DNA of 64,000 bases from Zygnema circumcarinatum SAG 698-1b (GCA_037447605.1 CM074817.1:310001-374000), one strand, 5' to 3'; positions 23,780-37,300 are shown, counted from the first letter of the stretch. The notes: a model not told the origin generated them from the letters alone. A program made the numbers and translations.

Positions 23780-25023
23780 ACGAAGCTTTTCATATATCAG
23801 CTTCAAAAAAGGTCCCTGTTGTTTTTGTGTACAGTCGTCGTCGGGCATCCCCCGTGTTCGGTCCTACAAACATGACCATCCATGCATGGATATTGTCCCT
23901 ATACCACATTGTACATTTTCCACCAACACATTGATGTTCCGGACAACATTCATGCGTGGAACTAAGTACCAACACCTTGATGTACCCTTTACATCAACAT
24001 TTGCGAGGGAGGTTACAGAAATCTGGGTTATATCTTAAACAAAGCCGGATCTGACTTCTGGTGTTCCAGTGCCTGCTACGCTCGACTGTACCGACACAAA
24101 CAGACCAGTAATTCAGTCTTTTTCATCCTCTCTCTGAAAGATTCTCCATGTATGTTCAGAATGTTGTATTCGAGTATGTGCGTGAAATAGGGAGAGGTGG
24201 CATTCATCTTACGATGGCGATGCCATCAAATGCACATGGACCAAATTATTATAGGGAACCACGAAGTACAGGTGTTAAAGGACCTAAGGACAAAAGGAAA
24301 AAGCTAGTAGCTGAAGAATCATCTTCTGAACATTATTTTTTCCTTCTGACGTGCGTATGACTAGCCACTGGTTGGCTCAACGGAAACAACGCATCCACCT
24401 CTTCGTACATCCCATCCCTTGACAACTCCAAAACCCATCGATGTCAACAGCGCATCGCAGCCCTCATCTGCCGCCATTCACCCACTTCCCAAACTACCGC
24501 CACGAGTGCCTCCATCCATGGCTGCTACCATGTTCCATGTGATCACCAAACCGTCCGATCAAGGACACTGCAACATCATGCCGACTTCAGACGTAAGCAT
24601 GACGTGGAAATCGCCACTTTCTGACGTCATGTATGCCCGGTACAGCGTCCGATCGCGATGCAGCGGCGGCACGGACGTCATAACACTGGGACTGACGTCG
24701 TAACGCTTGGAATGACATCATGAGCACAATTCTCACGAGTTTTCAAACCGAAGAAAGATGGCAACCGTATGCCGATATGATACGATATACTGTCAATCAA
24801 ATATATTTGAAATCGTATCGTATCGTGTAATCCAGTCCACAATCATACGCTCCGTTCACATGTTCGACATTTCCCGTCACGTTCGGTTTTGCTCATCCGT
24901 TTTGAACCGCTACGCGACACAAATGCCGCCAGGCCAATCAGAAGCCGGGGAAAGTCAATGCCACTTGCTGACAAAGTTCTAAGGCTTCATCTGTAATTTT
25001 CAAATGGAAAAAACAAAAACGAA

Positions 25024-25467
25024 GGGTAGTGTTATTTCCACCCCTTTTTTGGATCAAAACACCCCTTCCCGGCCGGGCAGATTTCATAAAGGATTAAAAA
25101 CAGAAAAAATACTTTTTTCACACCTTTTTGGAATCGATACCAACCCTCCATCGGCAGATTTTATTTTTGAGAAACAAGGAAAATGATAACCCGTCCATTT
25201 TGAATATCCCGCCTCCCTGAAGTTTTTTTCACGCTTGCGGTCCATCGCAGCGGTCGATTTCCTCGCAGATCGCAACAAGGCAGATCACTATTTGAGCTGC
25301 AGCCGGGCTCGGTCACAGCGAATGGCACGTGCCCACGTATCCCGCCAAAGTCGTCTCACCGTACAAAGTTCGTACGGTCGCAACTTTGAGGAACCCAAAA
25401 TTTTGTCTATTGAGATCTTGGACCAGTCAAAAATATTCCACGTCAAAAACATAACACGTGGCAGATG
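25024..25467 (+). mobile_element. Truncated left arm of the Mutator-like MITE family seen at 53214
   Basis: Starts GGGTAGTGTTATTTCCACCCC and aligns by eye with 53214-53665. No right arm or TSD found. Confidence 0.85.
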
Positions 25468-26049
25468 TTCAACCTCAGCATTTTGATGCACAAAACCCTC
25501 AAATCCTATGAACGCTTTGCTCCTCAACATGAGGATGATGCCATGAGTGACCCATGGCCATCATCATCATGTGCTCAAGCCATGGGAGCCACTGCATGCA
25601 GAGTTTTCCCTCCGCACAAGAGAAGAAAACGAGCAAAGAAAACACGCGCATTGCAGTATTCGCATCTTCAGATGACCATCCGTCCGTCCATCCATAGATG
25701 GCCTGTCGCGACAACAAACCACAAAACTTACTGGATTCACCGTTTGACACGATACGATACGATTGCAGAAACTGTCCCCGTTTGGCGCACGCGAAACTGA
25801 ATACTGTATCGCAATAATTGTGTATCGTATCGATATTCGGTTTTGGATTGCGGCAGTATGGGGCGCGGTTGAGGCCTTCTGTCGCCCTTTTACGGCGGGA
25901 GGGTTCATGCGATATATCGTATCTCCTGGATATAGCGTGTCGCGGTTCAAGGCCAGTCTCTGGTATTGTGACGAACGGAGTTCTAATTTGGGGCAAAAGA
26001 CGATCTATGCTAGTTACAAGTTTTTGTTAAACAGCCTGGCGTTTTCATG

Positions 26050-26730
26050 CTAGATATTTTTGCTTACGCCGTTCGAAACGGCAACTGAGACGGGGGCTCG
26101 CTGTGCCGAACCGTTCTATGCCGCAGACCGCAGAAAGGCGCAATGCAGGCTCCAGCAGGGCTTGCTTGCAGTTGTCCTGACCTCGAGCCTTTTGGAGCCG
26201 GCAACAAGCAGCAAGCAGGGGGGGCCATGGATACAGAGGCTCGTACCCATCTGTTGACGCAAGTATATATTCAGCATTTCCTGCTTTTGCATCGTAAATT
26301 GTGATTGTGATTGGCGTGGTTTTAGGGTTAGCTCACAACTTGTCGTTTCTATGCTGAATATTTTCGCTTATGCTCCAAGAACGGCAACTGAGACTGTTGA
26401 CCCTAAAATCCTAAACCCTAAAATCACGCCAATCACAATCACAATTTACCATGCAAGAGCAAGAAATGTTGCATGTACTTGCGTCAACAGAACATATGAG
26501 TGCGGGCCTCTGCATCTATGCCCCCCCCGCTTGCTTGTTGCCGCCTCCATGCCGCACACCGCAGAAAGGCGCAGTGCAGGCTCTAGCAGGGCTTGCTTGC
26601 TTGCAGTCGGTCATACCTCGAGCCTTCTGGAGGCGGCAACAAGCAAGGGGGGGTCATGGCTGCAGAGGCCCGCAATCATTTGTTGACGCAGGTATATGTA
26701 GCATTATTTACTCTTGCATCGTAAATTTTG
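26050..26730. repeat. Direct plus inverted repeat cluster (A - A' - A) upstream of the SLC19 gene
   Basis: 26118-26301 resembles 26549-26727 directly. About 26407-26548 is the reverse complement of parts of both. Confidence 0.85.
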
Positions 26731-27024
26731 CAAGAAATCGAAAACAAAATTGTGGAATCTGAACGATAATTGTTTCACCACTGGTTGTCGAATCATTGAG
26801 CTAGGATTGTGTAGCAGGTAAGCAATTTCCCTGATTTTCAGAAAGAGGAAAGAATTCTGAAAACTGGATGATCTTCTTTTCACGAGTGCACGCCCGAAAA
26901 GTACTTTGGAGAAAGGACCCCCTCAGTTTTTCCTTTTGTTTTTGGCATGTCTCAGTAACTCGATGGCGGCTTTAGCAGCGAGCTTTCTAAAGCTTATGGA
27001 ATTGCCAATTGGTGGTTTTTGCAG

Positions 27025-30000
27025 GTGGCAGCAGAGGTAGAGGAGGCAAGAGAGGCGGAGGTTGGGGGCGACCGGGATGTAGGGGGATACAAAGCAACTG
27101 CTTTACAACTGGGGCTGATCTGGACCTGCTCCTTCCTCCGGTGGTTCAAGGTACTGCTTACAATTGTTGAGTTGTCTTCTTGTTTCTGGATGGGTGGTGT
27201 CCATATCCAAACGGTGCCCGTTTTTAAGTGCATATTAAACGTCCAAATGCGTTGAAACGTGCACCACACCAGCTCCGAATGCTGCATTGTTGAGATTTAA
27301 GTTTCAAAGGTTTTGCTAAACCGCTAGTTCCTCGTGTAAGGGTCAAACTGAACTCGCATTGGATCTTAATCCAAATCACTTTCTCATGTTTGCTATGAAT
27401 GGTTTTTTCCATGTAGTGAGAAAGGCGATAGGGTGTCTTGCTTATTTTCGCTGCTTGTTTGCCGATGCAGCCATCAGAAGCTTTTCTTGTTGAGTACATG
27501 GTCAGCAAGGGGTTCAGCAATGGTCAGGTAATTCACAAAACAGCTCGGATAGAATCATTGGGTCAATAATGATGCGACTGGAATGCATCCTATTGGGAGG
27601 AGTCGTTTTTGATGATTCAAACAATAATTGCAAGTTTAATAAATATTTGAGTGAGCAATTTTCCTTTGTGACTAGTACAGTCACTGAGTTTCATTAAGCA
27701 CCCAAAAATGGCTTTTGTGAAACTGGTAAAGGATATGCAATCGTAGCAGTTTGCTATTGTCTAAGGGAGAAGATCTGTTGACGGTAGACGAGATAGTCGT
27801 CTCCTTGCCTCTGCCAGTGTTTTTTACATTTTGCAGTTAAAGGACCACTACTTTATCGGATGTTCGGCAGGAAGTTGTTCCTGATTTTTTGGTTAGGCTT
27901 GTCGATAGTGACAGTCTCAATACATTTTCGCGTTTTTGTGCTTGGAAGTGTAAGGCTTTACCACAATATCCACAATGTTTGGCAATCCCTTAGAGAAGGG
28001 AATATGAGGAGGAAGTTTCATGGCAAGTTTCTCTTAGTGGGTATGTGTCACATAAAACTTTGAGTCCCTTTTGATATTTATGGCAGGATACCCTTGCAGG
28101 TGTTTAACCACATTTTCCCAATTTGGGTATATTGCCATTTGCCAGCGCTCATTCTGGTCAGTTCTGGACATGACCATCACCTGGTTCATTATGATCAACA
28201 AGTATTGCTGCCCCATTGCTGCTTCAACATAGTTTAGCGAGAACTGGAGAAGTTGAACTCGTACTTTGAGCCCAACCGGCTTTGAGTCTTTGGTTTTTCC
28301 TCTTCCCTTTCCAAGACATACTATCCTTCATCAAGTGCATAGCCATCCGCCGTTCAGACTTAACAATACAACCACTAGATCAGCTTGCGGCTACATGGTC
28401 GTCGCTGATAAGCCCTTGTACTTCATTCTGTGATCCTATTCCTATTCCTATTTGCAAATGGCAGGTGGGTTTCTTGAGCCATGCTTGTGGGTGCCGTCCA
28501 ATTGTCCTTTTTGGCTTCTTTCTTGGTTTCATTACTACAGCCCTCACTTTCGGAGCACCACATGGCGCTATGAGAATGCTTCAAGCGAGCCAAGTCACTG
28601 TAGCTTTCTCATGGGCAAGCCACTCCGCCTTCTCCGCCCTTGCGTTCGCATGTGTTCCCCGTTCCCGTTATCAGTTAATGGTGCATGGAAGCAGGGGAGC
28701 TTCATTAGCGGGGTCGTGTCTGTCCGCTCTCATTGGACAGCTCCTCCGTCCCCACATAGGGCTTGATGGGCTTTTCGGACTATCACTTCTTGGACAGGTG
28801 GGCAACAATCTAAACCGCATTTACACGTGTGCTACCACGTTGTACCTTCTCTGTTTATCCATCGTCATAGCTTCTGTTTTGTCGGTGAAAACCCTTTTAG
28901 TAGACAATTTAAACGAGGCATGAATTTTAGAGTTTCAAAACTTGTGATACCCAAATGCGATCTCCCCCACCCAGAAAAACGTTGGGTTTGCGAAGTTGAA
29001 TTTCGTGTAACCTCATTCACTTGATTTCTGCCATCCCCACTCTCATTCCTCCTGCACCCTCTCGGGTTGTCCTTCCACCCGTTCGCACTGTGCAGTTGTT
29101 GACAAGGGCCCTTTAGCTGTCGTGATCCGTCTACCTTTTCTTGTTTGTCAATTTTTTCCAGTTCCTTACATTTGCCACAGCACTGCTTATTCGAGGACCT
29201 CGAGAGGAAGAGGACATTACTAACTCCTCGTCAACGAGGGAGGAGAAGCAACCAACCGTTGCAGCCAAAGAGAGCAGCCAATGGAGTCCCTCTCATTTGA
29301 AGAGTATTGTTTCGGAGGGAGTGGCATCCACGGAGAAGCTTTTGGTATTTATTGGAGCGATCATTCTTGACATATGGGCAGCTATGGCGGTCCCAGGAAT
29401 CCTGAAATGGACCGGCTGGGCGCTTTTTGCGGAATTAGTACATCGCATGGTGATGACTTACTGGCAGGTAAGCCTCCACTTTCTCTCATCTTCGGGCTTC
29501 ATTTTGGTGTGCACCTTTGTAGTCCCAAATACATGCAAGTTTTTATTTCCACAAATTCAGAAAACCAGTGGCACAGGGAATAGGGAGCATGGTTCGGGTG
29601 TGCATGTCTTTCTGAAAAAAGCTTCTGCATTCTGCAGACTAACGATTTTATAACTTTTACAAGACTTTTGCTTCTCTGCACCTTTGTTTGCTTGTCGTCT
29701 ACCTACAGAACCTTGTCGCGGCAGTTGATGTTTCTGGATCAGCTCCTTCCACAAATGGAACATTCTATGCACTAATGTACCTTTTGGCAACTTCTGCCAC
29801 AGTGGCATCGATCACATTACCTCTCAGCCAGTTCCGTTCAGCTCTTCAGAGTTTCAGTCCTGCAATTTGTGCTGTGCTATTGATAACAGCATCAAGAGGA
29901 CCGCTTCTGTCGATATACTTGACGCTCATCCTTTATCAGGTTTTTGTGATTTTCTTCCTTCTCGTCTATTCATGATCAGAAGAAACTTTTTTTAACCTAA

Positions 30001-30945
30001 TTTTTAACTATAAAAGAGGTGGGCTACTTCAAGCCTTGTGGTACCTCGTCCCTTCATATTTTAATTGATTTAGAGGACGCTTCAGTGCGTTCATTATTTT
30101 TCAACTTGTTTCTGCTATGTCAAGTTATCAGCTGAGTTTCAGTTTCAACTTTTGACCTTAATTCGAAAGCATCTACAGGACAATGTTTCAGAACTATTCC
30201 TGCAAGAGTCAAACAACGAGTGTATCTTCACAGTAACGTCAACGTTTCCCTGCCTTGCTGTTGTGTTGCATTGCCCAGTGTGTACATGAAGTGACAGCGG
30301 CAGCTTGCTCGACCCAAGTGGGCACAGAAATGAAGCTTGCCTACGCAACCACTCGATCTCGAGCCATCCATAGCTCCGCTGCGAGGTGCTTACTCCCCTT
30401 GTCTCGGCCTTGTCCCCTACTCTTCCATCAGCCCTCCTGGGCAGTTCCATGCTGCTCCTGCTTTGCTTATGTATGTCGTCCGGCCTCTCCTCTCTTTCCT
30501 ACGTTCCCTCCATTCCAGATTGTTTTCACTATCATTTACCTCTTTCCCTCCAATCCGCCCTTTCTTTCTTTGCGTTCTTGTTCCCATCAGGAGTGCGAGA
30601 CTTTCGGATACTTTTCCCCCTGAACGGCGGTTGGCTGCTTTGTTTGCGACCACATCTGCCACGAGCGCCCTCCTGGAGTCCGCAGTGCAGGCCTGCATGC
30701 TCACTGTGAGAGCCTCCATCGCGCAGCGATTCGTGGGGCTGGGCCTCCTGCTACTGCTGCTTTCCGCCTCTCTCTCCATCTCCTCAATGGTTCAAGGGGT
30801 CTGGACATTCTATGACACGCATAAGCTCTGGCTGATGCCCTCTTCCTCTAACGGAGCAGACGACACGGTTCTGCTGCACCACAGCAGCAGTCGAACGGGG
30901 AAAAAGGGGGATGCGCTGGGAGACGCAACGCCCCTTTTGGCATGA
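27025..30945 (+). CDS. SLC19 / reduced-folate-carrier family MFS transporter (folate or thiamine carrier-like); start codon unresolved
   Basis: Spliced motifs WTCSFLRWFK|PSEAFLVEYM, QVFNHIFPIWVYCHLPALIL, GCRPIVLFGFFLG, RYQLMVHGSRGASLAG, KWTGWALFAELVHRMVMTYWQ and NGTFYALMYL. These parallel SLC19 RPSEPFL.PYL, NEIFPVWTYSYL, YKPVIIL, YQRV.GY.R, LWSLWWA and YNG.V. Many hydrophobic segments; ends ...TPLLA*. Confidence 0.8.
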
Positions 30946-31805
30946 AGATGGAGAAAGGGGGGGGGGGGGGGGGGGGGGGGGNNNNNNNNNNGGGGGGGGG
31001 GGGGGGGGGGGGGGGGGTGGTTAATCTCCTCTCTCTCGCCCTTGCCTTTCCCTTGAAGCTAGGCGATGATTTCATCGTGTAGTGCGGAATTATGTGTAGT
31101 GTGAATATCTGTCTGTGGGTCTGTTCTAAATAATGATTCATGTGAGTCAGTCGAACGGATTTCGTGTAATTTAGTTTGTCCAGTTTTCCAGTAATTCAGT
31201 TTGCTCAATTTAACTGAGCCTCGTGATGAGAAGACGCAGATGATGCATCAATCTTAGAAAAAATATAGTTTAGACAAAACACACGTGGAAGCAAATAATA
31301 TTTTTTTCTCAGGCTGACAGGCATATAGACAGACAAACTTGCAAACGGTCTACTTTTATCCATTCTGATTCAGCACAGACGCGTGAATTCATCAATCGAT
31401 GAGAAGAAAACTACGGAAAAGCGCCAATTAATGAGTGAAGATATTCTATGTGCTCCAGTAAGAGGCGAGCAGATGAATAGTTTCCAAAAGTGCTTGTCCT
31501 GCCCATCTTTGACCATGAATAGAGAACCACGATAAAAAAGGGGATGTACAAGAGAAAAAGGATATGTTTTTTTTTTTCTTTGCATTGATACTGAACGTGG
31601 AATACGTCTAAACGAAGTCATTTAATCTCACCCGCTCTGGAAGTAACTTGGAGAAGTTGCTTACAATGTATGGTCTAAGATATCCACACACAAACTGAGA
31701 TCTGTACCTGGCTACTGGCTGCCGAAAAAACTTTGCGGAGCGTAGACTGCGGCCACTTCTCACGACTGGACTTGCATGCCATGCTGATGCATACACGCAT
31801 GAGCT

Positions 31806-33624
31806 CTATGGTTTTGGTATACCAAATGGCAGCGTGTATGGGGGAAGGCTGCCCACGCAGTCTGAGCTCACAAAAACAGCGCACACCACCGTCGAGAGAA
31901 GATCGGTCGGCCAAGTGACATCAATGCCTTGAGTCAAGTCCTGAGTATTGAGTTGGAACGTACCACCAATGGCGGTTGCTAATCCTTTCTGACTATTGGT
32001 TTGAACCTGGTTTGTTATGTGGCCAAAGTTGTCATCCTGTTGCACTCCCGCGAAAGCTTGCTTGAGTTGCTGGCGCTTCAAGATGCTAGTATCGATGTGT
32101 AACCTCCGTCTCGCAGCACCCCTATACGCACTTCTATGGCGGCGAGGATGTTCGCCAGCCTTTTCATTGGATGAAACCTCTCCGTTTGCCGCTGACAGCT
32201 GCAATATCAAGACATTGCCATCACCAAAAGGCCGTTAAAGTCAGTGGTACGCCTTTCAAAATGTTTTCCAACCTAAAGAGTGAGTAGAGGTGTTTATGAT
32301 CTTCTCAAGGGCATCATCATTTGGCCAATTTACGCAGGCAGACCGTAGCTCATCACTCAACAGAAGAAAACTTTCGGCTGCTGACGGGACTCTGACCATC
32401 AGAAGAAGCAAGAGAATACCACCGTTAACCGAAATCTGCACGTCCTGCTGCACGTTTCTTACGTCGTTCCTTTCAAAGCCAAAATGGAATGATCAGCAGC
32501 AAGCATCGCTGGTGGAGAAGAATGCAGAAAGAACTCATTTACCACGTTTTTTGATAAGCAAAAAAGAAACTGGGAAGGTTTAGGCAAAAGACGCAGCTTC
32601 TTATCTCCCAACTGAACCGACCTGCATTTTTGGGACGTTCAATTGTGGACCCCGGAGGCGTGTTCCGCCGAGGCCATGAACGCCCTTGGCACGCCGAATA
32701 GTCAATGCATGGGCATTTTTTCGTGGTCGTAACACAGCCTCCAGCTCTTTCGTTGTCGAAATCTTCCTGGCACCTTATGCAAATGGCAAACCTTGGCTTC
32801 TGGTTGGCTACTAGACTGCAAGCACCTGGATGCTATTGGATCGTTTTAAGAACCTTCGTAATATTTTAAGTTTAAAAGATTAAGGAGTACCAGTGATGCC
32901 TATAATCCATGCATTCCTGCTTTCACCACCCAGTGCGCATGAATAATAAGCAGCAATCGAGGTGCGGAACTCACCTTTCAAAGTCTCGAATTCTTATAAA
33001 TGCGTCTAGCCCTCTCGTTAAAAGGAGAAAATTCTGTCGTTCAGCTGAATTGATCGAGATTTGCATGACATATACTATGCATCCAGCCGTTAGAATCCCT
33101 GCAAGTGCTAAAAGCGGCCCTCTACGAAATGAACTTCGATCACTCCAAAAACTGCAAATGTCGTGATGAAACCTAGAAAACATTGGAATGTTACAAAAAA
33201 AAATACACTTTTGACAAGAAGATGGTTCCAAGGCCTCGTCTCAAGGAAGGCGATTCGTATCTTTCAAGGGCTTTCACTGTGTCTTAATCACCTCAAACGC
33301 GAAGTAGGAAAAAAAGGACGGTTTAAATTCTCTATCTATAATAGAGCTGAAAACTGCTTTATTCCGAGCTGCATTACCAACTCGTCGCTACCCTGCTCAA
33401 CTGAGTTCGAGTCGTCCAAATTTTCCTTGAAACACCTTCAGATTTTCTTCTTTCAACTTCAAATAAGGGAATGCGTTTATTATCTGGCTGTGACGTAAAT
33501 GTCGGCCGCTCCTCCTTCTCCTTCCAGGCCTCCCTCCCTCTCTCCCTCCCTCCCTCCCTCCCTCCCTCCCTACCTCCCTCCCTCCCTACCTCCCTCCCCC
33601 ACCCCCCTGCCTCTCCTCCGCCAT
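31806..33624 (-). CDS. Multi-exon gene of unknown function; putative N-terminally anchored membrane protein with a Cys-rich segment
   Basis: Tentative model: MAEERQGGGG|SFWSDRSSFRRGPLLALAGILTAGCIVYVMQ...; CIRCQEDFDNERAGGCVTTTKKCPCIDYSAC; MLAADHSILALKGT|TVPSAAESF...; ending ...PFGIPKP*. GT-AG junctions are phase-compatible, but exon 3 has an alternative open frame. Confidence 0.5.
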
Positions 33625-34377
33625 GGACTCTGCCTGCAAGTAGGAGCTGCCTCGCCGGCCTCTGCGGACCCCCCCTTGTCAGGAGGCCATCCAGCTTCTA
33701 CAAATCGACATGAGTACATCGCAACCCCCTCCGAAAGCTTCGAAAGCACCGTCGCCCGGTACTTGTTTTTTATACAAATTGGATAGTCTTGCAAACGTCA
33801 AAAAAATTGGCGACCTGTTGATAGGGCCCTCGACTTGTATGGCAATATATCGAATTGAATCGGTTCAATGCACACGCTATATCTCGATACTATTTTCAGC
33901 GATTTTATTATACGGTAATCGGACGGCTCAGATTCGGCCCTTGTCCGTCGCCGCTAGAGGATCGGACGGTCGGAAAACGTCCAGGTCTGGTGCCGTACGG
34001 TAACGTTAGGCGCCGTACGGCATGGCATCATACGGCAAAATGAGGGCCGGCAAGTGCCATCGACGGTTAGAAGGGAGCCACGTGTAAAATGGACGGCCCA
34101 GATCATGAGATAAAATGGGCCGTTCCGATGCGATCATCGCATGTGCGAGATGTTTAGGGTACGATCCTGTGGAGGAGGGCCAGCCGTCGATCCTAAATTG
34201 AATGGATGGATGGAGTCAATAAACGGACTACCCAGCGCTTCTTCAACTTTTGCCTTTCATATAAGAGATGAGATTCCATGTGAGAGTTCATTTCATACAG
34301 GTGAAGCTCTTTTACATCCGACCCTAACTTTTTGGCTAAGGAGCAAGGACTAACTTTTAAAACCGTTGGATCAAAAG

Positions 34378-37300
34378 CTACGGCAAATGGCGTGGCGGTG
34401 TGAACGATGGCAAAGAGGACCCCCCAACATTCTCCGGCGTGCTTCTAAAGACAAGGGCGAACACCATCCCCAGCAGAGGCAGCACCAAGACCCACTTCAG
34501 TATGCGATAGAAGTGCATGTGAAAGGAGAGGGAAAAGCGATCGCTGAAGAAGCGCTTGTGCTCGTCGTACATTTCCACCGCCACAATTCCCAACTCTCGA
34601 GAAGAAGGGCAGGGAATGCGCACGCTGTACACGCCCGGCAGGTTCAGACTCTTGTGTTCGATCAGCTTCTTCTCTCCCGGCATGAGTAGCCACACCTGTC
34701 TCAAACCCAACCAATCCCGAGAGAATCAGTAGGAGAGAGAGAGAGAGAGAGAGAACAAAGAAAGCAAGAAAGAGGCCACGCGCGAGAGAAAAGTTGGAGA
34801 GGGAGAAAACAAACGGAGAAGGGAAGCGGGCGAGGAAGGAGGAGGGGGAGAGAGGGAGAGAGAGAGAGAGGAAAAGGGAGACGGGAAAAGGATGAGAGCG
34901 AGGGGCAGCATTTGCAGCAGGGGCCCCTCCCTCGTCCTTCCTCCCTCCTCCCTCCTCCCTCCTCCCTCNNNNNNNNNNCCCTCCTCCCTCCTCCCTCCTC
35001 CCTCCTCCCTCCTCCCTTTTCTGTACCTTGACATCATATGGTCCGCGGAGGCTCGCAGTGCCCCCCGTTGCCTCGCGAACGGTGGTCTCTCGCGCGTCCA
35101 CAAGCTCGTATTGTACAGTGAAACTTTCGCTGCCCACATCACGAAACTGGCGGGAAGAAGAGGAGAAGAAAATTCCCTCCTGCCCGAATCGGGAGAATGC
35201 AACATTCATCCCCTGGTTCTGTGATGGCCAGGCCTGCAGAAACACGGAAGTTGGACAGAGCGAAAATTTCTGTTAGCAGAAATGCAATGGGTTATTGATC
35301 GCGAGCAAGTGCTGAAGGTCAGTTGAGGACTAGTCAGACTCACATTGATCTAATCTTAATCTGATCAGATTGGCTGCGTTCACTCAGTCAAGTATCACAA
35401 TCGACCGGGAACAGTCACCAACGAGCACACTTTGCTGGGCTATAAAGATCTCTCCTCCGCAGGGCGATCCCGAACTCAAACGAAAAAATGCAATTCTCTT
35501 CCCTGCCACATTTCAGTTTATGAGATTTGCAGCATTCCTAGGAGTTGTCCCGGATGTGTAGGAAAATGTCCATCAACTTCAGGATAGAAAAAAACTCACC
35601 TTCAAAGGATGATATGCTGCAGCTGTCTGAAAGCAGTAAACATTTCCGTTCATGGTAGAAACGATCAGATCTAAATCCCCTCCTCCATCCACTTCATCCG
35701 CAAGCACCATGCTGTATCTGCAGACCCGCTGTCAAGGCATTCATGCGAAAATGGAACTGAAATTGCAACAGAGACTTGTTGCAAACTTTGAGCCGCGGCT
35801 TGCAGCTCACGATGACGGCTCACTAATCCCCTACGCCTTGACTGAAGTACTTTGATTAATCTTTCTTAATTAGTAGGTTGACACACATCAAATTCTTCGC
35901 GTATCAATGAAAATTCTACGAAAAATAGACCGAAAAAACAAGCAAGAAACCTTATGCCGTGATATCCTCTCTTTCCTGACTTCGGTGATTCGGACGACTC
36001 TTGACCATATCAGCCCTGAAATCTAAATTTTTGCTGCAGCCAATTGGCTAGAAGAGGGGATACGAAGTTTCTCCGACATCGATGGCATCAGCACATCCTG
36101 ATCGCCCGTCAATTGCGTACAAATAGCCGTCAAAGGAAACCACCACAATATGCAGCCCGGGGGCCTTTTCCTTCTTCAGGTCCACTAGCAATGCAGGAGC
36201 CATGATTCGCCCATGAGCACGGAACGGGAAGAATCCGTGATCTTCTCCCGTTTTTCCGTTAAACACCCACACGTGTCCTCCCGTTGTTGTTACAACAACT
36301 TCCATGTCTCCATCACCATCAACATCGCCAACTGTGGCCCCCTGCAATGCAACATCATGACATGATCTTGATGATGACACTTGAAAGCCCAATCATAATC
36401 TGAATTCGGAATGTGGGTCGCCAAATGGCTTGCGCTTACAATATGGACTCTTGAAAATCAGAACGCCATGTGGTCAGCAAAAACACGACCTGAATGACGT
36501 TGCAGAAAGGGATTGCATTACTGCCTCCCTTGCCCTTATCACGTGCTGACTTTTTGCGTTCATCGTTTGTTCTACTTGCATCACAATGGGATCGAAACCA
36601 CTGGGATTGTCCGTACGGCAATTTGTAAGGTGGGTTCTGACCTGCGTAATGAGGGAGGCTGTGTGTCGCTCCCACAGTTCCTTCCCGTCACGTGTGAAGG
36701 CTGCCACGTTGCCCTTAGTGTCGCCCGCAACTATTTCCATGTAGCCATCTCCGTTGATGTCAGCCGCCACCACCTGCCCCTGAATCTCCCCCATCTGAAG
36801 GGGAAAATTTTCCTTCGGTTTGCCTGCGGAGTTTCAAATTAGGCATCAGAAGTCACGTCCTTCCTTCCATTCACTTTTTGATTAAGCACTGACTGTGAAA
36901 GTTCGCTACACATGAAAAAAATTCCAAGTCAGATCAGTTCAGTTCCAGTTTCAGTTCCGTTGATGGAAAGCATCTTGCTCAATTCATTCTTGCTTTCCCC
37001 CCTTCGTGAGGGGACAAGGGACATAAGATGAGAGAAGAACAGGAAAGGAAAAAGCTGATTCAGTACCTGTGTGATTGAGCACATATATGAACCCCACAGA
37101 CGTGCCCACTATTATTTCCATGTAGCCATCTCGGTCCAAATCCACGACTGTGGGAGCCGAATATATGTAAGCACGGAACTGCGTTGTTTCCGTTGTGAGG
37201 TCGAGGTGCACGTGCCACTTCACCTGCTGAGTGGTGAGGTCGAACACCACAACTGCCCCTGCCACATACTTTCCAATATCCAACGATTTGTCCAGCTCAT

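Larger units (their letters stand above)
23180..24720 (-). pseudogene. Possible decayed coding or transposon-derived sequence interrupted by the MITE and a 100-N gap
   Basis: Long minus-strand frames with sparse stops (e.g. ...KGTSRCWYLVPRMNVVRNINVLVENV...). No family recognised. Confidence 0.2.

Noticed and set aside
26080-26420. TPP riboswitch upstream of the SLC19-like gene (CTGAGA...GACCCT)
   Set aside because: The downstream conserved GAACCTGA...TAATGCC...GCG.AGGGA half is absent by eye. An Infernal search with RF00059 would settle it.
31555-31570. U12-type donor ATATCCTTT on the minus strand
   Set aside because: It lies downstream of the modelled stop, and no matching branch point or AC acceptor was identified.
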